A stretch of DNA of 64,000 nucleotides from Cyanophora paradoxa CCMP329 (Eukaryota; Plantae; Glaucophyta). Each line of letters begins with the position of its first letter. Positions within the stretch are counted from its first letter, which is position 1. Location: contig QPMI01000100.1 of the NCBI GenBank assembly GCA_004431415.1, positions 186,001 to 250,000 on the forward strand. Direction: 5' to 3'. Of this stretch, positions 34,139 to 44,569 are shown piece by piece. The notes under the pieces were generated by a model. That model was not told where the DNA came from, ran no database searches, and worked only from the letters and a program-made list of their open reading frames with translations. A program made the position numbers and the translations under genes.

Positions 34139-35140
34139 CTAATATACATCAATGAGTTCACCTGCCCATAAATTGAAATTTGTGTTAGTGCCATATATAG
34201 TTCCTGATTCTAATTGAAGCCTCGCATTGTCATTTGCATTCATTTTCACTATGCAATTGAAACCGAATTGATAATGGGTTCCTGCACTTGGGCTTATGTA
34301 GCCAATAATATTAGCTCCAACGTTGTTTATTCGCAAGGTGACATGATGAGTTCCTGTGGTGTTGCTCATTAAAGTTACCATGAACCTGTAATATCCGTTG
34401 ACAGGAGCAGTAAATACCCCGTTTGAAACCGATGTTGATGATATTATAACATTTGCCCAGTTCGTGAGGGCAAAAGGTCCTGACGGGGATCCATTATATC
34501 CATAACAAAATTTTATATGGTTTGGGAGTGAGAGATAAGAGTTTGTTCCATTAATTGATAATCCATTCCAGGTGAAGGTTCCAGCATTTGTTACGTTGGT
34601 ATGAGATGCTGTGAATGTAGAAGCAATCTTTGCCCCACCTCTCTTGATCTCAAAATTGTCACTTGCACCCACAGTATCAATGGAATTCGTTTTAATTCCA
34701 CCACTTGCTGTGAGCAACCCAGTAAACCCGCCAGTGGTTCCATTCACAGCCCCATAGGAAGTCGCTGTAACTGTCCCATTCACACTCAGTCCAGTCCCAA
34801 TCCATGCCCCGCCACTGTAAACTTGAAAAGCCGCCGAATTCCTATCAGCCGGATTAAAAGCCGTTTTGGAATCCTGTTGACCTTCATATAGATTTTCTTT
34901 GGTGACCAGCCCCGAAGAGATTGCGGGTCGATTAGATACGATCATTTGAGTAGCTTTAACGAGTCCATCAATCTTGTCGGCTCTGAGTTCTTTGACTCTG
35001 AGTATGCTTTGGTCATTAAAAGAATCGGTTTTCGCTGTCTCAGTCGAAGGGTGGCTCGGAGATAAATCATAGACTGTGTGTTGGACATTATGGACAGCAC
35101 TTGCACTCAAAGAAAACACAGGGGTAAACACAGTCGACAT
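34139..35140 (-). CDS. Fibre-like protein with a C-terminal C1q/TNF-like head
   Basis: N-terminal LRVKELRADK domain; C-terminal GVFTAPVNGYYRF...VKMNAND...WAGELI. Confidence 0.7.
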   Translation of the reverse strand: MSTVFTPVFSLSASAVHNVQHTVYDLSPSHPSTETAKTDSFNDQSILRVKELRADKIDGLVKATQMIVSNRPAISSGLVTKENLYEGQQDSKTAFNPADRNSAAFQVYSGGAWIGTGLSVNGTVTATSYGAVNGTTGGFTGLLTASGGIKTNSIDTVGASDNFEIKRGGAKIASTFTASHTNVTNAGTFTWNGLSINGTNSYLSLPNHIKFCYGYNGSPSGPFALTNWANVIISSTSVSNGVFTAPVNGYYRFMVTLMSNTTGTHHVTLRINNVGANIIGYISPSAGTHYQFGFNCIVKMNANDNARLQLESGTIYGTNTNFNLWAGELIDVY

Positions 35141-35161
35141 CTTTTGATTGTTCTTTACTTA

Positions 35162-36616
35162 TTAAGCGAGAATATTATTGTTTTGGAGAGGTCCGACAGC
35201 AGTCCAATGGAGTTTAAGGGTTCTTTCGTTTTGAGGCACATTCGTATAATTGATCGCCGAATAACAAGTAAATATAGCAATCCAAGTGAATTTATTTTTG
35301 AACCCAATGCGATTCCCGAACTGATATTCAGCAGAGAGATATATGCTATTGGTGAAATCGACACTTGTTAAAATAATACTGTTTTCGAGAGTAGCATTAA
35401 CTATTGGATCACTATAATATGGGGTAGAAAATGTAACGGTTCCTGATGCTGTAAACACTTGCCCTACTGTATAAACTTGATTAGGTATAACTACATCCGC
35501 TGTCCCTTGTTGCACATATGCATTTGGATTCACATAACTACCGAAATTCGTGAGCAACTCGATGCTGTGATTGTGAGTAGGTGGCGAAGTAGGTGTGTTA
35601 ATCAGGTCATCATAATTTCCACTTGTAGCCACAGCATGTAGGTTTGGTGTGTTTATCAGATCATCATAATTTCCACTTGTAGCCACAGCATGTAGGTTTG
35701 GTGTGTTTATCAGATCATCATAATTTCCACTTGTAGCCACAGCATGCAAATTCGGCTTAGTAAATAACCTATCCCATGTCCCATTGAAAGGAAGTGTAGA
35801 TTCTGATATAATTACACCTTGATCGATCCAACGAGGTATATAGCTTGTGAAATCGGGAGGATTTACAAGATCATAGTAATTTCCTGTGTATGCTACACTA
35901 CTCCAAGTCGGCTTCTGAATGATATCACTCCACTTCCCACTAAATCCCGCCGGCACATCTGTAAGCTCCTTATAGCTCACCTTTTGCTTTGGTATAGACA
36001 GCTCAATTGGTGAGAATGCACCCGAAAGGCGATTTTCAGAGGTGAAATACATGAGACTTTGACTGTTAGGGAACTCATCCACGAGATTAAAGGTGAAATT
36101 CGTGGGCAATTCGAGTCGACTAATTGGGGTGTTGTCGCCTAATATAAATTCGGCACCTGTATGCACGACCGGGTTTCTTTGGATATACATATTTGATGCA
36201 CCTATTACAGGTGCTATTATGGGCACATCCGAATTTACGAGATTGCAAGTGATGGAGAAAATGGTTTTAGGGGCGAATAGATTGCAATCAAAGGTCACAG
36301 TAGATGGATCAATAGTAGGATCGACATTTGAACAGATCTGAAACATCCACCCTCCCACACAGTTGCAATTTAGATTTCGAAAGGCTGTTCCTGCCATTGC
36401 ATCCACATAGCCAATCCCATTTGCTATGTCATATATGTGACCAAACTCGTAACCAAAAATGTCATTCCACAGATTGGAAGCCATAGCTCCCATCACGTAA
36501 CCTTTTAGATCAACTATCAGGTCATTGGATTCACTGGGTATATTGGCATGGGTTATATAAAATTGATTATCCAAGACAGCATTCTTTATTGTCGTTTCTA
36601 CTATGGGTTCAGTCAT
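35162..36616 (-). CDS. Fibre-like protein with 54-bp repeats (NLHAVATSGNYDDLINTP x3)
   Basis: Repeats at ~35592-35753 resemble phage fibre VATSGxYxDL repeats. C-terminal VTFSTPY..DPIV motif. Confidence 0.65.
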   Translation of the reverse strand: MTEPIVETTIKNAVLDNQFYITHANIPSESNDLIVDLKGYVMGAMASNLWNDIFGYEFGHIYDIANGIGYVDAMAGTAFRNLNCNCVGGWMFQICSNVDPTIDPSTVTFDCNLFAPKTIFSITCNLVNSDVPIIAPVIGASNMYIQRNPVVHTGAEFILGDNTPISRLELPTNFTFNLVDEFPNSQSLMYFTSENRLSGAFSPIELSIPKQKVSYKELTDVPAGFSGKWSDIIQKPTWSSVAYTGNYYDLVNPPDFTSYIPRWIDQGVIISESTLPFNGTWDRLFTKPNLHAVATSGNYDDLINTPNLHAVATSGNYDDLINTPNLHAVATSGNYDDLINTPTSPPTHNHSIELLTNFGSYVNPNAYVQQGTADVVIPNQVYTVGQVFTASGTVTFSTPYYSDPIVNATLENSIILTSVDFTNSIYLSAEYQFGNRIGFKNKFTWIAIFTCYSAINYTNVPQNERTLKLHWTAVGPLQNNNILA

Positions 36617-36653
36617 TATACTCTATTATGGAATACTACAAAAATTAAGGTTG

Positions 36654-39600
36654 TTACATAACATTTGGAACGTGTTCATATATTCTCCCTTCTCTCTGTG
36701 CCATTTCCGCCATAAAGTCTCTGTCATTATTCATCGTTTGCTCTGCCAACTCTTGTGCTCGTGATTTTTTGGGTGCTGCCCTACTTGCTGGTGGTTGATC
36801 AGTTCTCACAACACTAAGACCATGCCCCTCGGCTGACCTCACCTCTAACCCCACATCTCCTTCGGCTGTTTGGGTCACATTCAGCTCAGGTGTTGAGTAT
36901 TTATTTCCTGCTCCTGCAATGGTTCTGTCTATGCAAGCACAACAAAGAGCTCGAAATTTGTATGCAAGCACAAGCCCAAGAGCACCGAGAATCGGCAAGA
37001 GAATGATAAGCACTAAATTTCCTGGATCCGATCCGGGTGCTCCGACTGGATTGGTAGGATTTGTGGGATTATTAGGTGTTGTAGGATCAGTGGTAGGTGG
37101 GGTCTGTGGGTCTGACTCATCAGGAGGCACGTTAGGATCTGAATCTGGGGGCGGTTCCGTCGACCCTGCTAATGAGGTCGGCGCTGTGTATGCATTTGCA
37201 AACACGATGGGAGCCGTCGCTGGATTTCCTGTGGAGGATCCTGAGATTGCACCATAGGTATCTGCGAGATACTTGTATAATTCCTGTGTCACAGGTGGAT
37301 TGCTCACAGATCGACACACCCAAATATTGCATGTGGTGTCATAGACTGTGTCCCTGATAAAAGGCGGTAGAGCCGTCCCACTGAATGACTCAAAGAGTCC
37401 ATTTCGCGATAGCAACCTATGTCCTGTATCACAATTTCCACCCTCAAAATATTTGGTAGCCGAAATCGCACCTTGCACATAAATATTGCATGTCGAATGC
37501 AATCCAATGTTATTTAGGTTAGGAGTGTATCTGTCATCAAGCCGGACAGTGCACACCCATGGGGAAGCGGTTTTTATATATTTCTTATCGCCTGCTGTGA
37601 TCACATCAGTGTTTGGGTGGCTTTCGATTTGGGTAGCAATTGACTCATATTTGTAAGAGTAATAAACTAAGAGACCATCTGTGGAGGATGTAAAATAAAA
37701 GAAGTCTCTCATGAAGTCTGTGGATCCAAAGAAGTCAGCATTGGTCGATGTTAGGGTGACTTTGGGATAGCTCATGCTCACAGTCTCAGAAGGATATGGA
37801 ATATAAGAGGTGTAATAGCGATTTAACAGATAATAGTAAAATCCATCTGAGACATTCGAGTGAGTGGGCAAGGTGACTGTTAAGGTCTTACTGCGATCCT
37901 CAAACGTTTTCTGTATGACAATGTTGCAAGTATTAATATATCGAGAATCGAAAAAGTAATTATTTGTGACTCTATTATCGATCAAAGTCGCATTGGTTCC
38001 ATTAAACACGAAATTCTGCCCATTGATCCTCGTAGTGTGAATGTCTGTAACATCGAGAGGATACCTTATTTTTAATCGATCTTCGGGGTCAAATCGCGGA
38101 ATAGTTCCTGTTGCCTTCCAACTGATAGTAAAGGGAGGAGCAAGGGACACTGCTGGGATAACAGAGAGATTAAATTTCGAAAAATACAACCCAACAGGAT
38201 ACCCTGACAGAGCATATGTCACTGTTGCATTTCCGACAAGTGTGAAGCCGGTGGTTGTTATGTTAGTTGCAACAAATGGGGAGTAGCCGGCTGGTGCATT
38301 TTGAAGTGATGTAGCTGACCCATCATTGACCACATACAAATTCGTGTCTGTTATTTCAATAGTAGGAGGGGAAACAAATGGTGTCTCAAATGTGAAATTA
38401 AAATTCGCTGGAACCCCTGCAAGATATCTATATGTTGTTGCTGATATCTCGGATGCCTGGAATACTTTGCTTCCACTCCGCACTACATTACTTGTGTCTT
38501 TCACATTGTGGTATGAGATGCTGGGAGTCGGGGAGAGCACCAACGAAATAGCATCTGGTAAATCAGACTTTGTAATATACAGTTCTTTAAGATACTCCTT
38601 TTTAAAAGGGGCGGTCAGATCTCCAATAGTAGCCGATGAACCTGCGACTACAATATTACAGGTGTTTGCACTCAAAGAATAAACTGTGTTCCACCTTAAA
38701 GAGTTCGCGCCAAGATCGAAACTCTGTGAGAAGGGCACGATATTGCTACCTTGTAAATCTCGGTAAACCTTTACTCTGGGTTTGCTATCGAATTCAGGGG
38801 TGATATAATTGATGTTAAGAGTGAAACTAATAGTAGCTTCGGAAGTCAATAAGTTGTTTCGGATGATAAGTAAATTGTATGTCTCGTTAATGACAAACGA
38901 AACCTGAAACCCTGTGGAGGTGACATTTTGAATAAATGCTTTATTCGATTCATTATTGTTAGTGATAGGATTATAATAAGTAGTGTGATCCACCAATGAA
39001 ACAGTGGGTATAGTCGTCTCGAAACCTGTGACACCCAACTGATCCCAAGTGAATGTATATGTAGGTTTGCCTACATAAGCGACAAAGACCCCATTCGCAA
39101 TCTGCTGAGGGTATCCCTCGACAGTGTAGGTCTCAGTTCGCGAAACTGATCGGGAAAGGTTACTATTAAAGTCAGTGTAGCTGATCAGTGCATTATCACT
39201 GGTGAGAATCTGATTGGGTCGGAGTGAGTGATTAAATGGAAGGATTAAATTGGAGGCAAACATGGAAACTCCATGCAACTCTGACCATCTCAGATTCGAT
39301 AAACCAACTCGGTATGTGTTGTCAGTCGCGGGTATATGTTCCTTTTCGACAGAATATGGGCTAAGGTAATTGCAAGCGCTCCATCTGCTGCAAACAGAGC
39401 ATTAATTTCTGATTGCAAAGCCGCGATTTCGGTTGTGTGGGTCGTGAGGGTTCCATCCTGGCTGGAATCTTTGGTGTTCTTGCTCCTTTCAAACTCCAAA
39501 AACGCCTTTACGATGTCCTTGCCTAAAAGATCGTTTATATTGTCTCTGGTTATGTGAACATGGTCTGTTCTCAGTGCCTGTTTCTCTGTGGTAAAAGCCG

Positions 39601-40366
39601 GAATTTCTTCTGCAAATGATATAGTCGTTTTATCAAGTGCTAAGGATCTCACATTCGGAGCATTGGCGCCAATTATATCGACAACGTTCCCATTTTCGAC
39701 AATTTCTAAGGTCGGTTTCGCGGGGTCTAATGTGAAAACACCCTCTGTTATCTGGGGAACCGATTCGCTCTTCTGAATCACAAAGGATTCGATGTTTAGG
39801 TTACAGGTTGCGACATTGGTGGCGAAAAACGACTCGGAGTTGAGCGAGTTTACATTTAGGGTATCCGTAGTGATGTTACTTGCTGTAATGTTACTCGTCG
39901 TAAGATTACCTGCTGAGAGATCATGGACGACCTCTACCTTTGTTTTCCGTGTGGATACTCCCGCTATAAGTGTGCTATTATCCACGATTCTCATAGCTGC
40001 ATTTTGGAAACCGCTCTCATCTTGAATGAAGAAGTTTAAGCGACCTCTATCGAATGCTTTTGGGATGTTCCTGCGATTATATCGCACCGTTTTCGGTAGC
40101 TGGCGGGTTGCCTGAATGCTGGCGACTCTGTTTCGTTCGTTATCATCAAGTAAAAAGTCGATTCCAAGTTTATGATCCCCTTTCTCGACGTTCATTAACT
40201 GCAAAGCTGCGGGTCTGCTCGGTGTCCCACTGACTGGATCTTCGCGGTCTGCATTGTAATTTATTCTCAGAGACCCGCGAATTTCAGTGTTTACCTGATC
40301 AGTGTCCTCTATCTGAGTGGTCGAATTAATAACTCGTGCGTCTGGTCGCGGATTCAGGAACGACAT
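36654..40366 (-). CDS. Large fibre-family protein with a C-terminal transmembrane helix; one gene split by a 1-nt frameshift near 39360
   Basis: The N-terminus is homologous to the A and C fibres (IQATR...FDRGRLNFFIQDESG). The alternate frame across the junction reads HIPATDNTYRVGLSNLRWSELHG, like HLLPLKTNTKDLGIRTRQWRNIHG in A. Confidence 0.7.
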
Positions 40367-40500
40367 CCTCTTTATAAACAAAGAAGATATATAAGAAGTA
40401 TATAAGATAATGAAGACCTGCCTGGGCAAAAAATGACGGCTCCACCTTCAAGACAAAGCATTTAAAGGATTGGCAATAACACTATTCTAGCGGAGTAAAA

Positions 40501-41211
40501 ATGTGGAGATACAGTGAGAACATCGTCAAGTATCAGGGGAGCGTTTTCTTTTCAAATAGAGCTGATTGCAAGAAACGATGGATGATTAAATTCTCCACAA
40601 ATGAAGGGAAAAGAAAAGAGAAACGTTTCGAAACACAAGAAGAAGCCGAAGATGCTCTTAAAGAAATTTGTATAGCCACAGGTAAGGTTCACAATAAATA
40701 TAGATATCTGGATGAAAAGACCATTGAGTTTAAAACTCAAAATGATGTTGTTGGTTTGATTGATGCTGAGGACTTCGAGCTTCTTGATTCATTTATCTGG
40801 TTCGCTCATGAGGGATATATAACTTCAAGTAAATGCGAATTTAGATTAATGCATAGAGCAATTTTACAATACAAAGGCAAAGACAAAAAAGAAGTCATTG
40901 ATCATATCAATCAGAACCGCTCTGACAACAGAAGAAGTAACCTTCGTGTTGTTTCGCAGAGAGTTAATTCAATCAACCGAAAAGAAGTTCACGAAACCTC
41001 GAATATCTTTAAATACTATGATGCCAAAAGGAAAGAGTGGTATGTGTATGCATCAGTCCTTGTCAAAAATCGAAATGGACAAGTTGAAAAGCATTCAAGA
41101 AGATTTACTATTCCCAGATATAGTGAGGATGAAGCCTTTGCGAAAGCCCGCGAATTCCGCGAAGCAATGCTGAAAGAAGATGAAGATTATATGACAGTTA
41201 TGAACTCTTAA
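40501..41211 (+). CDS. HNH homing endonuclease with AP2-like DNA-binding regions
   Basis: MHRAI...IDHINQNRSDNRRSNLRVVS. Confidence 0.85.
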   Translation: MWRYSENIVKYQGSVFFSNRADCKKRWMIKFSTNEGKRKEKRFETQEEAEDALKEICIATGKVHNKYRYLDEKTIEFKTQNDVVGLIDAEDFELLDSFIWFAHEGYITSSKCEFRLMHRAILQYKGKDKKEVIDHINQNRSDNRRSNLRVVSQRVNSINRKEVHETSNIFKYYDAKRKEWYVYASVLVKNRNGQVEKHSRRFTIPRYSEDEAFAKAREFREAMLKEDEDYMTVMNS

Positions 41212-41232
41212 AATGTTTCGTTTAGTTAAAAC

Positions 41233-42726
41233 ATGCGCTCCGTTTTATGTCTGAGTGGTGGAGGGTCGCGTGGAATAATCGAGGCTGCTATACTGGCACA
41301 GATTGAAGCCCAAACCGGTAAACGAATCCAACAGCTATTCGACTGCTTTGCGGGAACATCCACAGGTGGATTAATCGCGCTCCTATTGAATATCAAGGGA
41401 ACCGATGGCGCCCCTAAATATACTGCCACTGATATTCTGGCGCTCTACAAAGCGAAGCTGCCGCTGATTTTTGCGAATCCACGAGTGCTTACATCGATTG
41501 TACAGCGCCCAAAGTACGAAGCAACTAACTTAGAAGCTGTGGCTCTGGAACTCTGCGGCTCAGCGACCATGGCGGATCTCTACAAACCCACCATCGTGAC
41601 TGCGTTCGACACGGTTCAAATGTCCCCCGTTTTTATTTCAAGCAACGATGAAGATATTAATGGGATGCTTGTGCGCGATGCTGCAAGGGCTACCTCGGCT
41701 GCTCCGACCTATTTCGAGCCGAAACAAGTCACAGTCGCCGGAAAAACATACTGTGTAATTGATGGTTGCATGAGTGGAAATAATTCGCCCGGGGTTTGTG
41801 GTTACACATTCGCCCGCACTTTATTCGGAAACTCTTGCGAGGAGGAGCTAATCGTGGTCTCGATTACGGCGGGTCACGTCCAAGACGCCGATAAAGCAAC
41901 CGCGGGATATTCGTACGACACTATGAAAAATTGGGGGATCGTGCAATGGATGCTAAGCGCCACAGGATCGCCAATTCTCAGCATGTTCTTAGAGTCGAGC
42001 GATCTAAACGCCCACGTAAAGCTACTGGAACTTTTACCCAGAAATGATGATCAGAATTACGATCGCTACTATAAGCTGAGCGTTCCTTTACCGAAAGATA
42101 AAATGACCCTCGATACAATCACAACGACGCACCTGCAATATTTAGAAACGGAAGCGCTCGCGTTTGTTTCCGCACAGCAAACGTATTTTAATGCGATGTA
42201 TTCAGTGCTGACGATGAATATCTCAGAGGGCGACGTTCCCATAATTAATCTGTCCGGGTGCACAGATGTAAGCGCACCCCCGGAGTCTAACTGGGTGCCG
42301 CTCGATAATAGCGCCTTTATTGCGGAATTCGGCACAGCCTCCAATGCCCGCTGGTCAAATGCTACGGGATGGGTGGGATTTACAAACCCGCCGCAAGGTA
42401 GTAGGTCGGGAGGCAATTATTTACGCATTGATTTTCCGCGTCTGTTTATGCTTTCCTCTATAAAAATGAAGCCGGCTGCAAATGGAAACTACATTAAAAC
42501 GTTTGAGATCGATTACCAATTAACTCCGGGAGTTTCGGCACTTGTCACATACACAGAAGCCGGCGCGACGAGAGTGTTTACCAATGCAAATCAAATAGCC
42601 GGAAGTGCTGATCCCGACGAACATTTCTTAGCAAACCCGAGATCTGTGAGAACCCTCGTAATCTGGGTGCTCTCGACGAACGTAGCTTCGGCATGCCGAA
42701 TTGATTTCGAGGGCTACTACGTGTGA
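41233..42726 (+). CDS. Patatin-like phospholipase-discoidin fusion (element B)
   Basis: GGGSRG, GTSTG, SAAPTYF and DGC motifs; divergent discoidin-like C-terminus. Confidence 0.88.
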   Translation: MRSVLCLSGGGSRGIIEAAILAQIEAQTGKRIQQLFDCFAGTSTGGLIALLLNIKGTDGAPKYTATDILALYKAKLPLIFANPRVLTSIVQRPKYEATNLEAVALELCGSATMADLYKPTIVTAFDTVQMSPVFISSNDEDINGMLVRDAARATSAAPTYFEPKQVTVAGKTYCVIDGCMSGNNSPGVCGYTFARTLFGNSCEEELIVVSITAGHVQDADKATAGYSYDTMKNWGIVQWMLSATGSPILSMFLESSDLNAHVKLLELLPRNDDQNYDRYYKLSVPLPKDKMTLDTITTTHLQYLETEALAFVSAQQTYFNAMYSVLTMNISEGDVPIINLSGCTDVSAPPESNWVPLDNSAFIAEFGTASNARWSNATGWVGFTNPPQGSRSGGNYLRIDFPRLFMLSSIKMKPAANGNYIKTFEIDYQLTPGVSALVTYTEAGATRVFTNANQIAGSADPDEHFLANPRSVRTLVIWVLSTNVASACRIDFEGYYV

Positions 42727-42733
42727 ACAGCGC

Positions 42734-43579
42734 TTAATCCGTGATCACTTCCAGCTGAAACGAGTATGAGAGACCGTTTATATCCGCAACAGAGCCCCGC
42801 CATTTTCGAAGCGATATTGTGAGACGATCTAAATCGAGTTGCGATGTGACATTTACGAAAGGGATGCTTGCGCTCGGTTCGTGGTAAAAGGAATATCTAC
42901 CAAAGTCCGAGTTCATCTGAATTCGCAATAGATAGGAGTCGTCGACATTGTTCTGTCTACCTGTAACCGCTGCGAATTTGGTAAAAGGGCGGAGCTCTTC
43001 GATATCAAGGTAAATATATGGAATTGCATTAAAGTCGACCATTTTCGGGCATATAATCGCGTAGCGACTGGGGTAATCTCTGAGTGGAACCGGCACTGGT
43101 TCTGGTGTGCTGGCGTAAACCACTCCGGGTTCTATGCCGAGACAATCACAGAACTCCTGGTCTGAGCTCTCTAATGTAAAAGGGCTATTTGGAGATGAGA
43201 ACATGAAGCGGTTTGTGGACAGAGCGAGAGAATAGGAAACGGGGAAGAGACCGAGTGGATTAAAAGAACCGCCCGCAAATCCGAGTATAGCATCACTGTT
43301 TAAAGCTCTCTCTTTCGGATATCGTTCGTTATCAGCATCGACGTAATAATAATCGTTTACGCTGGGAATCGGTGCTATCATTTTGGATGCGGGAATTACT
43401 GTGGGCTCTTCGTTTAAAAGCGTTATAGTTATTGTCTGATCGGGCGGAACAACATAAGAGCTATTTGGAATCTCAGCGGATAGCACACGAAATCGTCGTA
43501 CATTATTAAGGCGCGTTTTCAAGTGCAGCACGCCGTTTTCAAGGTCTCTACTGTCGCAATTTATTGTTATTCTTTTCAT
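42734..43579 (-). CDS. Minor capsid (penton) protein 1, element B
   Basis: I..DSRD...NVRRFRVLSAEIPN...YIYLDIEEL...LTISL...DING..YSFQLEV single jelly-roll pattern. Confidence 0.75.
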   Translation of the reverse strand: MKRITINCDSRDLENGVLHLKTRLNNVRRFRVLSAEIPNSSYVVPPDQTITITLLNEEPTVIPASKMIAPIPSVNDYYYVDADNERYPKERALNSDAILGFAGGSFNPLGLFPVSYSLALSTNRFMFSSPNSPFTLESSDQEFCDCLGIEPGVVYASTPEPVPVPLRDYPSRYAIICPKMVDFNAIPYIYLDIEELRPFTKFAAVTGRQNNVDDSYLLRIQMNSDFGRYSFYHEPSASIPFVNVTSQLDLDRLTISLRKWRGSVADINGLSYSFQLEVITD

Positions 43580-43595
43580 AATCTATTATAGTAAG

Positions 43596-44522
43596 ATGAA
43601 AGAATACCTGAGCTTTTCGAGCGATGATCGCGATGAGGAGTTTACTCAGCCAAACCAGTATGTAGTGACATTACCCCGTCGCTATGACAACGTAAAATCG
43701 GTGCGCCTGGTGCAGGCAACGGTTCCCAATGTTCTTTCGACCGTGACAAACGATATAGACGCCACTGGTGCAACCATCGAGCGCATGGAACTCTATTTCT
43801 CGGTCACAGCTTCGGATTCCGGATTCGTGACCATCACAATCCCCAAAGGATTTTACACCAAAGACGACCTTGCCGCAAAAGTCACAGAAAGACTCGAAGC
43901 AGCTCGCCTTTCAGATTTCGGTGGAAAATATATTAAATGCCGCTATAATACTACTTCAAAGATCTATGAGTTTTTCAGTGATAGTAACTTTTGGTTCAAG
44001 TTCTCCAAAGCTTCCCCTGAAACACTCAGAAAATCCAGTAACCGCAAAGCAATCGCTAAGAAACTCGCAATATTCGGTTTCAAAGATATTCAACTATATG
44101 TTTACGAGACATTTACCCCTCTTGCAAGCGATACATTCCTTGTGTTTAATCCTGGGACGGGAACTGTGACACTCAATCGACGCATTCGCGGCTATACTCG
44201 TGGAGATGAGACCCCGGCGGCGATGATCTGGCTATATATTGACGAATTTGCGCCGTTTATTCGCTCAGTCAACAAGCACGTCGATGGTTATTTCATGCGC
44301 ATTCCAATCCCACAGGAACTCGAACATGGTGATATCTACCACTTCGACACGTCCACTACGGTGCCTCTCATTCGTGAATTCCGCGAATTAAAATCGTTCG
44401 ACCGCTTGACGATTAAACTCATCGACCATGATGGCGCTCTCTTAGATTTCGGGGTTTGGGCGCATTATTTCACTTTTGAAATCGAAACCTACGACGCACC
44501 GCCCGAAATGAATTTCTACTAA
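43596..44522 (+). CDS. Minor capsid (penton) protein 2, element B
   Basis: SSDDRD...LPRRYDNVKSVRLV...IPKGFY...LTIKLIDHDGALLDF...FTFEI. Confidence 0.75.
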   Translation: MKEYLSFSSDDRDEEFTQPNQYVVTLPRRYDNVKSVRLVQATVPNVLSTVTNDIDATGATIERMELYFSVTASDSGFVTITIPKGFYTKDDLAAKVTERLEAARLSDFGGKYIKCRYNTTSKIYEFFSDSNFWFKFSKASPETLRKSSNRKAIAKKLAIFGFKDIQLYVYETFTPLASDTFLVFNPGTGTVTLNRRIRGYTRGDETPAAMIWLYIDEFAPFIRSVNKHVDGYFMRIPIPQELEHGDIYHFDTSTTVPLIREFRELKSFDRLTIKLIDHDGALLDFGVWAHYFTFEIETYDAPPEMNFY

Positions 44523-44569
44523 GCCCTTTAAATTATTTTCTGATCCCAAAGATAAGAGAAGAAACGCTC

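Noticed and set aside
17755-39365. Programmed frameshifting at ~17760, ~24220 and ~39360
   Set aside because: All three are single-base losses in homopolymer runs, typical of long-read error or decay; C's fibre orthologue is uninterrupted.
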